From Bacilli bacterium (GTDB lineage Bacteria > Bacillota_I > Bacilli_A > RFN20 > CAG-826): 64,000 bases of DNA. Shown piece by piece: positions 49,331 through 59,234 of this stretch (position 1 is its first letter; each line of letters begins with the position of its first letter). Below the pieces are notes generated by a model. The model did no database searches. It was not told the DNA's origin and worked only from the letters and a program-made list of their open reading frames with translations. The position numbers were made by a program, and so were the translations under genes. The DNA is taken from contig JAZQOV010000007.1 of assembly GCA_045628045.1 (NCBI GenBank), positions 1-64,000 on the forward strand, given 5' to 3'.

Positions 49331-51628
49331 TTATAAAAGTGGAGATTCGCACAAATAATATTCAAAATTACTAAGACAAATTCTGCCTTTGTTTTTTGTT
49401 GATGTTGTCGGATTGCACGCAACATAAAAACCAATAGCATTAAATTTTGAGGAAGAATTTACTCGAATAGTTGAAGGTGTTTCTCTGTTTGTTGGAATAC
49501 TTGATATTTGCACCTCATTATAATATTGATTAAAGAGAGTTTTATTTTCTAATAATGCGTATTGACCGCGAAGTGTCTGTGTATATAAATGGTTTTCCTC
49601 AATGAGCGATTCGAACATAAAGCTTCCTAAGTATTCTCTAAAATTTTCGTCGGTAGAATAAACAAAAGTCAAATTTGATGATACAACCGATTCATCATCG
49701 CTCCACAAACTAATATCAAATGAAAAATCATAAACAGGTCGTTCAAAAAGGAATTCGATGTATGCAAAACCCGCACCTTCCCTATTAGGAGATAATGTCA
49801 ATTTTTCATTTCTTACATAGCAAGCTCTTAATCGCTTTGTTGTAACTAAAGTGTTTCCAAAAGTTTGAGATATTCTAAATGAAGAATCGTTAAAATTTAT
49901 TTCATCTTCAAAATAGTATTTTTCTCTAAAACCAAACTCTGACCCATTAAAAACACCATCAGGTTCATATATATTTGTTAAAAAATTGTTATCGAAATAG
50001 TAAAAAGGAATTTGCGAAGGATTGATTTCTTCGATGGTGCGCGAAAATCCGCACGAGCATATGTCTAAAGTATTAAAAACATGGGAATGCAAGGAATCGT
50101 TAGTAGATAATATATTCAGAATATAGTTCGTAATTTCAGGAAAGTTTGACTCATAATTGTGTACAAAGGCTAATGCTTCTTCAGTAGAGAGATACTTATT
50201 AACGAGATTAGAAGTTCCCTCCATGCCAAAAGGTATAATTATTTCTTCATCAAAAGGAGAGGAACCGTTAATATTGCATAATTGAGAATTTAAATCGACG
50301 CAAAAATCTCCTTTTATACATGAGTTGTTTGTATCAAATTGCCTAATATTTTGGAACAAGTTTGAGACTTTATCAAGTAAGGCAATTGAAGCTTCTAATT
50401 TTCTATCAAACATTGTGACAGTATTTAAATTTAAAAAGGAACAAAGATTATCAACTACATTATCAAATCCATTAACAAAATTAAGTGTATTTTTAATAGC
50501 CTGAGTTGTGCTAATAACATCGTCACATAAATTTGTGACTGTATTGTTGATGAAGTTATCACGAATTAATTTTTCAAATAATTGACGCAATAAATGTTTA
50601 AATAATCCATCATTATTTTGCTGATTTTGCAGCAGTGGTTGTAAAAAGGAAACAATTTCATCAAAAAAGAGGTCCTGTGTCATTTCGCAACCAATTGCAA
50701 CTTTATGATTAACATTTATTGTATTAAGCATCCCGATATTGTAGAGAATATCATTCTCATCAAAAATTGCTGAGTAACCATTTAAATTTTCGTTTTTAAC
50801 TATGTTGTACAAATTAATGAATGCATCTAATGTTTCCGCCCACAACGAGCCCTCAAATGGAGTGGAGATACTTATAAAATTATCAACAAGTTTTTCTCGC
50901 ACATCACAATAGTATAAATTCGTGATTCCACCACGCGAATGACCAATAAGATTTATTTTCGGCAGCTTTCCGCCGTAATAAACTGAGAAAGTCGCCAAAA
51001 CATTATCTAGAGCTTCTTGAAAAACTCTAGCTACTTCATAGTTTGATGCATTGTTCGCATCAACATTTTTTGGTGCATTGTAAACCAATATAATATGATT
51101 ACTTAGAAGTTGAGAGTTGTAATCAAAATTGTGAAGATCAAAATCAACAGTACCAAATTCTGTGTCTGAGATTTTTTTGAGTTGCTTAATTTGGACCGGA
51201 AAAATCATTTCATTTTCATTTTCATCGTTTGGTCCGTCATTTTCTGTTTCGTTTTGTACAATATCTGTTTCGCTAAATGAGCCAAAAAATAAAATTGGCA
51301 AATAATCTATATCAAAATTGTTGCAATTTACTAATTTATATGCAAGTGATTCACTATCGAAATATAAGGTTTCAAAATCATCCGTTTTAGGAAACCAATA
51401 TTTGTTATTTCCGAACATACCGTGAGTTAGGACTGTGATGGATGTTTCAGAACAAATGTAATCATTATCATATAAATTTTGGACAAATCTTTTGTTGTAT
51501 TCTGACAAGTTTAGATTCTGGCAATATCTAAAATAATTATGCTTTGCAGCATAATCAAAGTTGCTGTGTTGAACTGAGAAATTTGTTAAAGAAAATATAG
51601 TAGTTAATAATAAATTTGTTATAATCAT
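49331..51628 (-). CDS. Secreted alpha/beta-hydrolase (lipase/PGAP1-like) with an uncharacterised C-terminal domain
   Basis: Signal-like N terminus; VLTHG, NLIGHSRGG (GxSxG), STPFEGS, GDFCV, VH. Confidence 0.72.
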   Translation of the reverse strand: MIITNLLLTTIFSLTNFSVQHSNFDYAAKHNYFRYCQNLNLSEYNKRFVQNLYDNDYICSETSITVLTHGMFGNNKYWFPKTDDFETLYFDSESLAYKLVNCNNFDIDYLPILFFGSFSETDIVQNETENDGPNDENENEMIFPVQIKQLKKISDTEFGTVDFDLHNFDYNSQLLSNHIILVYNAPKNVDANNASNYEVARVFQEALDNVLATFSVYYGGKLPKINLIGHSRGGITNLYYCDVREKLVDNFISISTPFEGSLWAETLDAFINLYNIVKNENLNGYSAIFDENDILYNIGMLNTINVNHKVAIGCEMTQDLFFDEIVSFLQPLLQNQQNNDGLFKHLLRQLFEKLIRDNFINNTVTNLCDDVISTTQAIKNTLNFVNGFDNVVDNLCSFLNLNTVTMFDRKLEASIALLDKVSNLFQNIRQFDTNNSCIKGDFCVDLNSQLCNINGSSPFDEEIIIPFGMEGTSNLVNKYLSTEEALAFVHNYESNFPEITNYILNILSTNDSLHSHVFNTLDICSCGFSRTIEEINPSQIPFYYFDNNFLTNIYEPDGVFNGSEFGFREKYYFEDEINFNDSSFRISQTFGNTLVTTKRLRACYVRNEKLTLSPNREGAGFAYIEFLFERPVYDFSFDISLWSDDESVVSSNLTFVYSTDENFREYLGSFMFESLIEENHLYTQTLRGQYALLENKTLFNQYYNEVQISSIPTNRETPSTIRVNSSSKFNAIGFYVACNPTTSTKNKGRICLSNFEYYLCESPLL

Positions 51629-51663
51629 TTGATTTTTCTCCTCTTTACTCTTATTATAATTTT

Positions 51664-52218
51664 ATGAAAAAAAGTTTAATTTTAACAGTTTTTCTTTTAA
51701 ATTCTTGTCTTTTCAATAAACCAAAATATCCATTTGGAATACGAGCATTAGGAGGACTTTCTTCATCAAGCGAAATACAAAACCCTCCTTTTCCTAAATC
51801 TCAACAGTGGATTCATGCAAAAAGTTACGACGCTACCTTTTTTGTTTTTTTTGATGAGACTGCTAAAGACTATGATATAGAGCTATTAGAATTTTATTCA
51901 AAAAACGACGAAACAGGAGACATTATAGAAATTGAAAATGATATTAGAAGTTTTGTAAAAAAATATTTTCTTTTAACGAGCGAAAAACTAAGTGTTTTAT
52001 TTCCTGAAAATGTGTGGAGTGCTGATTATCAATTCCCAGATGTTTTAAGGTTACCTAGTCTTATATTCACACAGTTTTTAGATAATCAGAGATCGTTTCT
52101 ACAATTTTGTTATGAAGCTCCACTAGATCGTCATTTTTTTCAATTAACATCGTCAGGATACTATGTTAATGATAAACTTGTTAGATCAGATCTTTATTTT
52201 TATTTTTGGGATTTTTAA
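51664..52218 (+). CDS. Hypothetical lipoprotein
   Basis: MKK + hydrophobic stretch + LNSC lipobox. Confidence 0.62.
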   Translation: MKKSLILTVFLLNSCLFNKPKYPFGIRALGGLSSSSEIQNPPFPKSQQWIHAKSYDATFFVFFDETAKDYDIELLEFYSKNDETGDIIEIENDIRSFVKKYFLLTSEKLSVLFPENVWSADYQFPDVLRLPSLIFTQFLDNQRSFLQFCYEAPLDRHFFQLTSSGYYVNDKLVRSDLYFYFWDF

Positions 52219-52233
52219 TTTTATAAAATTTTT

Positions 52234-52833
52234 ATGAAGAAAATACTGGATTGGTTCTTATCATTAATAAGTGGTATTCTTTTTCTTCCTGTTACATTAA
52301 TTGTAATTCTTTCAATTTCTATATCGAGTTGTAATGCACGTAAAAGTTCTCCGTATGGAGTTAAATGGACAAATACCGTTGCTAAAAAAGATGATATTAA
52401 TCTTACAACCGAAACTACCGAAATTGGTTTTCGAAAAGGAGCCTTTAGTGGTGTAGTAACTTTAAAATATGATTTGGAGAAAGCGGATTATATTGCGACA
52501 AATGTTGAATTTTCTGCAGAAAGTTCCGAAGAAGAAACTGTATATAATGAAGAAATTGCACAAGAATGTATTCAAAGTGCTGAAAAATATTATTTTGTAT
52601 ATTATGAAAAAATGTTTGCTATTTTTCCGCCTACTGAAACTGTAGCTAATAATAATTCGGGATTAGACAGCATTTTAGGTGGAAACAGGTATTACACTTT
52701 TAGAAAAAACTTTTCTGATAATTCATATATTGAATATCGTTATACTTCTTGGAATAACTATTTGATTTTAAATAATTCAGTATTTCATTGTGAAACACCT
52801 CATGATCCAGTGTTAACTTTTAGCCATCATTAA
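52234..52833 (+). CDS. Hypothetical membrane-anchored/lipoprotein
   Basis: MKK + long hydrophobic stretch + ISSC. Confidence 0.62.
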   Translation: MKKILDWFLSLISGILFLPVTLIVILSISISSCNARKSSPYGVKWTNTVAKKDDINLTTETTEIGFRKGAFSGVVTLKYDLEKADYIATNVEFSAESSEEETVYNEEIAQECIQSAEKYYFVYYEKMFAIFPPTETVANNNSGLDSILGGNRYYTFRKNFSDNSYIEYRYTSWNNYLILNNSVFHCETPHDPVLTFSHH

Positions 52834-52925
52834 TTTACAAAAAAGATTGCTTTTTATATATCTATCCAAAATAAATTACTCTAATATAGAGTTTTTTATT
52901 TTACTAGTTTATAATAATAAACGTT

Positions 52926-52999
52926 GCACCGATAGTTCAGTGGCAGAACATCAGCTTCCCAAGCTGACTATGCGGGTTCGATTCCCGTTCGGTGCTCCA
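52926..52999 (+). tRNA. tRNA-Gly(CCC)
   Basis: TCAGC-TTCCCAA-GCTGA, U73, CCA. Confidence 0.93.
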
Positions 53000-53008
53000 T
53001 AACTTATT

Positions 53009-54640
53009 ATGAAAAAGAATAAAATTTTAACTATTATTTCACTATTAGCCGCAGGAGTTTGTGCAACCTCTTGTTCAATTTTAGTTCAAGCACAAGAATT
53101 AATTGAAAAATACTTTCCTACTCAAAATACTGAAGAGGAAAAGAAAACTGAAAAACCAACTAAGATTATTGCATCAGAAACTATTAATTTAAATTTATCA
53201 TCTGATTTTGAAAAATATGTTGATGCTTCTTTAGATAATGGTGAAAAAGGATCATCACTTTTTACTTATTTATCAAGTAACGAAAATGTTGTTAAGGTGA
53301 ACGAAAATGGTTTGTTAACACCACAAAACGCTGGTAGCGCTCAAGTCACTATTACTTATAGTAAAGATGGTGTCGAACTTAGTAAAGTTATTACAATTAA
53401 TGTAACTTCCGATAAAATCGCGGATTACACAATAATGCTTTATATGTGTGGCTCAGATCTTGAACACGATTCATCAAGTGGTGGATGGGGTTATGGTTCA
53501 GGAAGCTCATCTGATAATGCATTATTTACCGAAGATATAAAGGAGATTTTAAGTGTTAACAATCTTCCTAGTTCAGTTAACATTCTTATTGAAACTGGTG
53601 GAACCACAAAATGGCATATGCCAAGCACTTATCTTGATGGGGCAAGTGAAATCAGTTCCTCAAGTCTACAAAGATGGAAAGTCGAAAATAAGAAATTGAA
53701 ACTCGTTTCAACATTAAATACAAATTATATGGCAAAAGAAAGTTCGTTTGAAGATTTCTTAAAATGGGGATTAAAAGATTATCCTGCTCAACAAATGGGT
53801 GTTGTTATTTCATCACACGGTGCTGGAATTGCTGGATGTGTTTTTGATGATAATTACACCTATACATACGAACGTTACGAATACCAACATTGCCTAAGAA
53901 CTTTTGAAATTGCAGAAGCTTCAAAGAATGCTTTGGCATCATCAAGTAGAAGTAAATTTACTTGGATTGGCTATGACTGTTGCTTAATGCAATGTGCTGA
54001 TATTGCTTCGATAAATGCTGATTATTTTGAATACATGGTTGCATCTCAAGAATCAGAAAGTGGAAGTGGTTGGAATCATGATGTTTATTTACCATATTTA
54101 GTGAATAATACAAAAATTACTCCAAGTGAATTCTTACCAAAAATATGCGATGCATTTTTAGAGGATAATCATTCAACAAAAGAAAACGAGGCATGTTTAC
54201 AAACTTTGTCAGTTCTTGATTTATCAAAAATGAACGAATTTACTACTGAATTCAATTCAATTTGTTCAAAGATAGGAACTTCAAGCTCTGCATTTAGATC
54301 TGTTACTTCTGCATTTAATGCTTCATATAACGCATTTGGTGAAGCACTTTACGGCCTGTGTGATTTCAAATCATTTTTAAATAAATTAGATGATTATTTT
54401 ACTTCTATAAATGTAACTACACTTTTATCTACTTTAGAAGAACTTGTTATTTATAACAAATACTGTAGTAAATACACGACAATTCCTTGCGGTGTAAATG
54501 CATTTGTTCCTACTTGTAGTAGTAGAGAATACTCACTTCAAGTTGGAAAAGAAGATTATAGTAATTCATTATCAACCAAGTTCACTACTTGGCAAACACT
54601 TTGTGTTAACAATGGTGATTTTGGTTGGGATTCCATTTAA
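53009..54640 (+). CDS. Clostripain-family (C11) cysteine peptidase lipoprotein with an Ig-like domain
   Basis: Lipobox ATSC; SSNENVVKVNENG Ig-like motif; YTIMLYMCGSDLE, SHGAG (His), YDCCLM (Cys), VASQE. Confidence 0.88.
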   Translation: MKKNKILTIISLLAAGVCATSCSILVQAQELIEKYFPTQNTEEEKKTEKPTKIIASETINLNLSSDFEKYVDASLDNGEKGSSLFTYLSSNENVVKVNENGLLTPQNAGSAQVTITYSKDGVELSKVITINVTSDKIADYTIMLYMCGSDLEHDSSSGGWGYGSGSSSDNALFTEDIKEILSVNNLPSSVNILIETGGTTKWHMPSTYLDGASEISSSSLQRWKVENKKLKLVSTLNTNYMAKESSFEDFLKWGLKDYPAQQMGVVISSHGAGIAGCVFDDNYTYTYERYEYQHCLRTFEIAEASKNALASSSRSKFTWIGYDCCLMQCADIASINADYFEYMVASQESESGSGWNHDVYLPYLVNNTKITPSEFLPKICDAFLEDNHSTKENEACLQTLSVLDLSKMNEFTTEFNSICSKIGTSSSAFRSVTSAFNASYNAFGEALYGLCDFKSFLNKLDDYFTSINVTTLLSTLEELVIYNKYCSKYTTIPCGVNAFVPTCSSREYSLQVGKEDYSNSLSTKFTTWQTLCVNNGDFGWDSI

Positions 54641-54657
54641 TTTAGGAGGTATCAAAA

Positions 54658-56376
54658 ATGGACAAGAATATTAAATTTGAAGACATTGTTCCAAAGAAAG
54701 TTTCTTTAAAAGGTGTTCAAGCGAAGCTTGCAGGTTTTACTGATGCACTTAGCAAAACCAAAGATCCTAAAGAAGCTTTAAAAGTAGTTCGTGCACTTGA
54801 AAAGTACATGGACAAATATGAAAATAACGCAACAGTTATTTCAATCAGCTATTCTTTGAATACGGAAGATGAATACATCGCAAAACTTCAAGACCATATG
54901 GATGAAATTTCTCCACTTATTTCAAATGAGATTAATAAGTTCAACAAAGTTTTAGTTAAACATCCAGCACGTAAAGCTCTTGAAGAAAAATTAACTCCAT
55001 ATTATTTCCAAATGATTGACAATTCGCTCAAATCATTTGATGAAAAAATCATTCCGGAGTTAATTGAAATCAACAAACTTTCATCACAATACGACAAAGT
55101 CATGGGTGGTGCAAAGATTGAATTTAGAGGCGAAATTTATAACATGCCACAAATGGGAAAATTCGCTAAATCTAAAGATAGAGAAACAAGACGTGAAGCA
55201 TCAATTGCCGTCGATAAATTTTTCCAAGAAAATGAAGAAAATATTGGGGAAATCTATGGGAAATTGGTTCTTTTACGTGATAAAGCTGCAAAGAAACTTG
55301 GCTTTAAAGATTACACAGAACTTGGTTACTTAAGCCTTGGTAGAGTCGACTATAATGCTAAGATGGTTGCAGGCTATAGAAAGCAAATTGCTGACGAGGT
55401 TGTTCCAGTCTGTCAAAAGCTTTATAAAGAACAGGCAAGGCGCATTGGAATTCCATTTAGCAAGATGAAATCATACGACTACAATCTTTCATTCTTAAGT
55501 GGAAACCCAACTCCAAAAGGAGACGCAAAATATTTAGTTAAACAAGCCACAAAAATGTATGACGAAATGAGCAAGGAATCTGGTGAATTCTTCCGCTTTA
55601 TGCAAGACCATCATTTACTTGATCTTGAAGCAAGAGCCGGCAAACAACCTGGTGGTTACATGACCTTCCTTCCAGTTCAAAAATTCCCATTCATTTTCTC
55701 TAACTTTAATGGTACAGATGGTGATGTGAATGTCTTAACCCACGAAGTGGGACACGCATTCCAAGGTTATCTTTCTAGAAATATTAAACCAGGAGATTTC
55801 CGTTCTCCAACACTTGAATCATGTGAAATTCACTCAATGTCAATGGAGTTCTTCGCATGGCCATGGATGGAACTTTTCTTTGGTGATGGAGATGACAAAT
55901 ATCGTTACTCTCATTTAGCAGATGCAATTGAGTTCTTACCTTATGGAATTACAATCGATGAATTCCAACATTGGGTTTACGCTCATCCAACAGCAACTCA
56001 TGAAGAAAGATGTGCTGCTTATAAAGAAATTGAATCCCGTTACACTCCACACAAGAAGTATGATCCAGAAATGAAAATCTGCGAAAAAGGTGGATGGTGG
56101 ATGAGACAGTCACACATCTTTGGAGTTCCGTTCTATTACATTGACTACACTTTAGCTCAAGTTTGTGCATTCCAATTCTTAGTTGAAATGACACGAAACA
56201 GAGAAAAAGCTTGGAAGAAATACGTTAAACTTTGTAAACTTGGTGGACGCTATCCATTCGTTACATTACTTGGAAAAGCACACTTAAGAAACCCATTTGA
56301 AGAAGGAAATATTCGCAAAGTTATTTTACCACTCAAACGAATTCTTAAATCATTTGATTTATCCAAGATAAAATAA
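54658..56376 (+). CDS. M3-family oligoendopeptidase
   Basis: THEVGHAF (HExxH), EIHSMSME, PFYYIDY. Confidence 0.93.
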   Translation: MDKNIKFEDIVPKKVSLKGVQAKLAGFTDALSKTKDPKEALKVVRALEKYMDKYENNATVISISYSLNTEDEYIAKLQDHMDEISPLISNEINKFNKVLVKHPARKALEEKLTPYYFQMIDNSLKSFDEKIIPELIEINKLSSQYDKVMGGAKIEFRGEIYNMPQMGKFAKSKDRETRREASIAVDKFFQENEENIGEIYGKLVLLRDKAAKKLGFKDYTELGYLSLGRVDYNAKMVAGYRKQIADEVVPVCQKLYKEQARRIGIPFSKMKSYDYNLSFLSGNPTPKGDAKYLVKQATKMYDEMSKESGEFFRFMQDHHLLDLEARAGKQPGGYMTFLPVQKFPFIFSNFNGTDGDVNVLTHEVGHAFQGYLSRNIKPGDFRSPTLESCEIHSMSMEFFAWPWMELFFGDGDDKYRYSHLADAIEFLPYGITIDEFQHWVYAHPTATHEERCAAYKEIESRYTPHKKYDPEMKICEKGGWWMRQSHIFGVPFYYIDYTLAQVCAFQFLVEMTRNREKAWKKYVKLCKLGGRYPFVTLLGKAHLRNPFEEGNIRKVILPLKRILKSFDLSKIK

Positions 56377-56379
56377 TAA

Positions 56380-56399
56380 AAGGCCCTAGGGCCTTTTTT
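56380..56399 (+). terminator. Intrinsic terminator
   Basis: AAGGCCC-TA-GGGCCTT plus T tract. Confidence 0.75.
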
Positions 56400-56488
56400 C
56401 TTTTGCCATATAATTAAAAATATAGAGTTGTTTATTTTATAAATAACTTTTGCTATAATCTTAATTAGTTTTCAAAGGGGGTTAGTTT

Positions 56489-57280
56489 ATGTACGATCCA
56501 GTTAAAAACATATGGCAATTTAATTCAATTACACTTTGGATTGATTTTGGCGTATCTATGCTTTTGATTCTTTTCTCGCTTTTAGTAGTTGGCAAAGCAA
56601 TGCATAGAAAATCATTCACCATTGGAGCAATTTTCCTTTCAGTTTTAAGTATTGCTTCGTGGTTCTTTAACATGACTTTAATTTTACGCGTGTGCATGAT
56701 GTTGTTCACAGCGTATTTTGTTGTGACGATCATTCAAAATCAAAACGAAGTTAGAGACTTTGTTGGCTCTTTCTTTAAGAGAAAAAGAGTTAAAAATGCT
56801 CAAAAAGTTTATGATAGACATGCTGTTTGTCAAAAGATAGCACTTGCAGTTGAAACTTTATCAAAATCAAAAACCGGTGCTCTTATCACCTTTGAGAAAA
56901 ACAACCCACTTTCCGATGTTGTAAAAAGCGGCACAATGCTACATTCGCCAATTACACCTGAACTTCTTGTAACCATTTTCTATCCAGGAACAAGATTGCA
57001 TGATGGTGCAGTTGTTATTAGAAGAGATGAAATTTTAGCAGCTTCAGTCTATTACACTCCAACCACAAAACCATTAACTGGTAAGTTTGGTTCAAGACAT
57101 AGAGCTGCTATTGGAATTTCTGAAATTACAGACTCTGTTACAGTAATTGTTTCTGAAGAAACAGGAAGAGTTTCATTAGCTTATCGTGGAGAACTTATAC
57201 CAGTCGCTCCAGATAGTTTCTTAAGAACAATTGAAGAATATTTATTTGCAGAAGAAAAAACAGAAAGTGAGAGTAAATAA
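56489..57280 (+). CDS. cdaA: Diadenylate cyclase CdaA/DacA
   Basis: 3 TM + LHDGAV and RHRAA motifs; upstream of glmM. Confidence 0.93.
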   Translation: MYDPVKNIWQFNSITLWIDFGVSMLLILFSLLVVGKAMHRKSFTIGAIFLSVLSIASWFFNMTLILRVCMMLFTAYFVVTIIQNQNEVRDFVGSFFKRKRVKNAQKVYDRHAVCQKIALAVETLSKSKTGALITFEKNNPLSDVVKSGTMLHSPITPELLVTIFYPGTRLHDGAVVIRRDEILAASVYYTPTTKPLTGKFGSRHRAAIGISEITDSVTVIVSEETGRVSLAYRGELIPVAPDSFLRTIEEYLFAEEKTESESK

Positions 57281-57282
57281 TT

Positions 57283-58614
57283 ATGGGAAAATATTTCGGT
57301 ACAGATGGTGCACGTGGAGTTGCAAATAAGCAAATTAACGGCACATTAGCTTACAAAATTGGTAGATTTATTGGCCAATACCCAAATGGTCGCAAAAACA
57401 AAATTCTTATTGCTCGTGATACACGTGTTTCAGGCAAGCTTTTAGGTGATGCAGTTGGTGTTGGTGTTGTTTCAAGTGGATCTGATGTTTATGACATTGG
57501 AGTTTCAACAACTCCATCTGTTTCTTACTTAGTAAGAAAACATGGCTTTGATTTCGGTGTTATGATTTCAGCATCTCACAATCCTTACTATGATAACGGA
57601 ATTAAAGTTTTCAATAAGGAAGGCGAAAAACTTGAAGCTGAAATCGAAGCACAAATCGAAGAATATATTGATAATCCAAAGGATGATTTGCCATTACTTA
57701 TTAATGATGCAATCGGAAGATACATGCCTTGTGATGAATTAATTAATGAATACATTGATTTCATTGTTTCTAAGGCTGATCCAAAAGTTAAAAATTTAAA
57801 AGTTTATATCGACTGTTCAAACGGTTCTTCCTCAAATATTGCTCCAAAAGTTTTGGATAAATTAGGAGTCAAATATACAGTTGTTGCAAATAAACCAAAC
57901 GGTTTAAATATTAATGATCATTGTGGTTCTACAAAAATTGAAAATAATTCAGAAGCAGTCGCTAAAGGCAATTATGATTTAGCATTTGCATTCGATGGCG
58001 ATGCTGATAGATGCCTTGGTATGACTGGTGATGGAGATGTTGTAAATGGTGATCAACTCATCTACATGAACGCTATGTATCTCAAAAAGATTGGCAAATT
58101 AGCAGGCAACATTGCAGTTGTTACAGTTATGTCTAACCTTGGCCTTAAGAAAGCATTCGAAGCCGAAGGCGTTGGCATTCATGAAACTGCAGTTGGTGAT
58201 AAGTATGTTCAAGCCGATATGAAGGCTAATAAGTTATCTGTTGGTGGTGAACAATCTGGCCACATAATCTTCTTAGAAGATTTAAACACTGGCGATGGAC
58301 TCTTAACAATGGTTCACACCCTTAATGTTGTCGCAAACGAAGGCAAGTCATTAAAAGAACTTGTTTCAAAATGCAAAATGTATCCACAAAGTTTGAAAAA
58401 TGTTGTAGTTGCAAACAAGGAAGCAACATTATCAAATGAAGGCTTCAAAGCAAAAATTAAAGAAGTTGAAGCAACATTAAATGGAAACGGAAGAATTCTT
58501 GTCCGTCCATCAGGAACCGAACCACTTATTCGTGTAATGTGCGAAGCACCTACACAAGAAAAGTGTGATGAAGTTACTTCAATCCTCGCAAAATATGTAG
58601 AGGATATTCAATAA
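57283..58614 (+). CDS. glmM: Phosphoglucosamine mutase
   Basis: YFGTDG, ISASHNP, DGDADR, GGEQSGH, RPSGTEP. Confidence 0.95.
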   Translation: MGKYFGTDGARGVANKQINGTLAYKIGRFIGQYPNGRKNKILIARDTRVSGKLLGDAVGVGVVSSGSDVYDIGVSTTPSVSYLVRKHGFDFGVMISASHNPYYDNGIKVFNKEGEKLEAEIEAQIEEYIDNPKDDLPLLINDAIGRYMPCDELINEYIDFIVSKADPKVKNLKVYIDCSNGSSSNIAPKVLDKLGVKYTVVANKPNGLNINDHCGSTKIENNSEAVAKGNYDLAFAFDGDADRCLGMTGDGDVVNGDQLIYMNAMYLKKIGKLAGNIAVVTVMSNLGLKKAFEAEGVGIHETAVGDKYVQADMKANKLSVGGEQSGHIIFLEDLNTGDGLLTMVHTLNVVANEGKSLKELVSKCKMYPQSLKNVVVANKEATLSNEGFKAKIKEVEATLNGNGRILVRPSGTEPLIRVMCEAPTQEKCDEVTSILAKYVEDIQ

Positions 58615-59220
58615 ATGAAGTATGAAGAATTTTACGATTTTGTCGTGAAAGTTCATTCAATTGCAAAAATTGGATTAACTTATTCAAAAGATCCTTATGC
58701 AATTGATAACTACAATGAACTTAATAAGTTATCTCGTGAGATGCTTGAAAAGTTCATGGATGTGAAGTTCGATAAACCTTCAATGTTTACAAAAGAAGTT
58801 TATCCAACTCCAAACATCTCTGTCAGAACACTTATTTATTCTGGCAATAACATTCTTCTCGTTAGAGAAGCAAATTCTGGACTTTGGTCTTTACCTGGCG
58901 GTTGGTGTGACTTATATGATTCACCAAAAATGTCAGCATTCAACGAAGTTAAACAAGAAACTGGTGTTGAACCAGTAATTGAAAGACTCGTTGGTGTCTT
59001 AGAAAGAACGCCACATAAAACAAATCAAAATGTTCCAGAATACGTCCTTCTTTTTGAAGGATATGTTACTAGCGATGATTTTTCGAAACATTGCTATGAA
59101 ACAACTGAAGTTAACTACTTCGATATGGATCATCTTCCTGAGATGTCTAAAAAATTATCAATGGAAGAGATTAATAGCATCTTAGATGCTCACAAAAACA
59201 AAATTGTTATATTTGATTGA
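58615..59220 (+). CDS. NUDIX hydrolase with N-terminal helical domain (ADP-ribose pyrophosphatase-like)
   Basis: IAKIGLTYSKD, YPTP, WSLPGGW..EVKQETG. Confidence 0.85.
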   Translation: MKYEEFYDFVVKVHSIAKIGLTYSKDPYAIDNYNELNKLSREMLEKFMDVKFDKPSMFTKEVYPTPNISVRTLIYSGNNILLVREANSGLWSLPGGWCDLYDSPKMSAFNEVKQETGVEPVIERLVGVLERTPHKTNQNVPEYVLLFEGYVTSDDFSKHCYETTEVNYFDMDHLPEMSKKLSMEEINSILDAHKNKIVIFD

Positions 59221-59234
59221 TTAGGAGGATAAAT

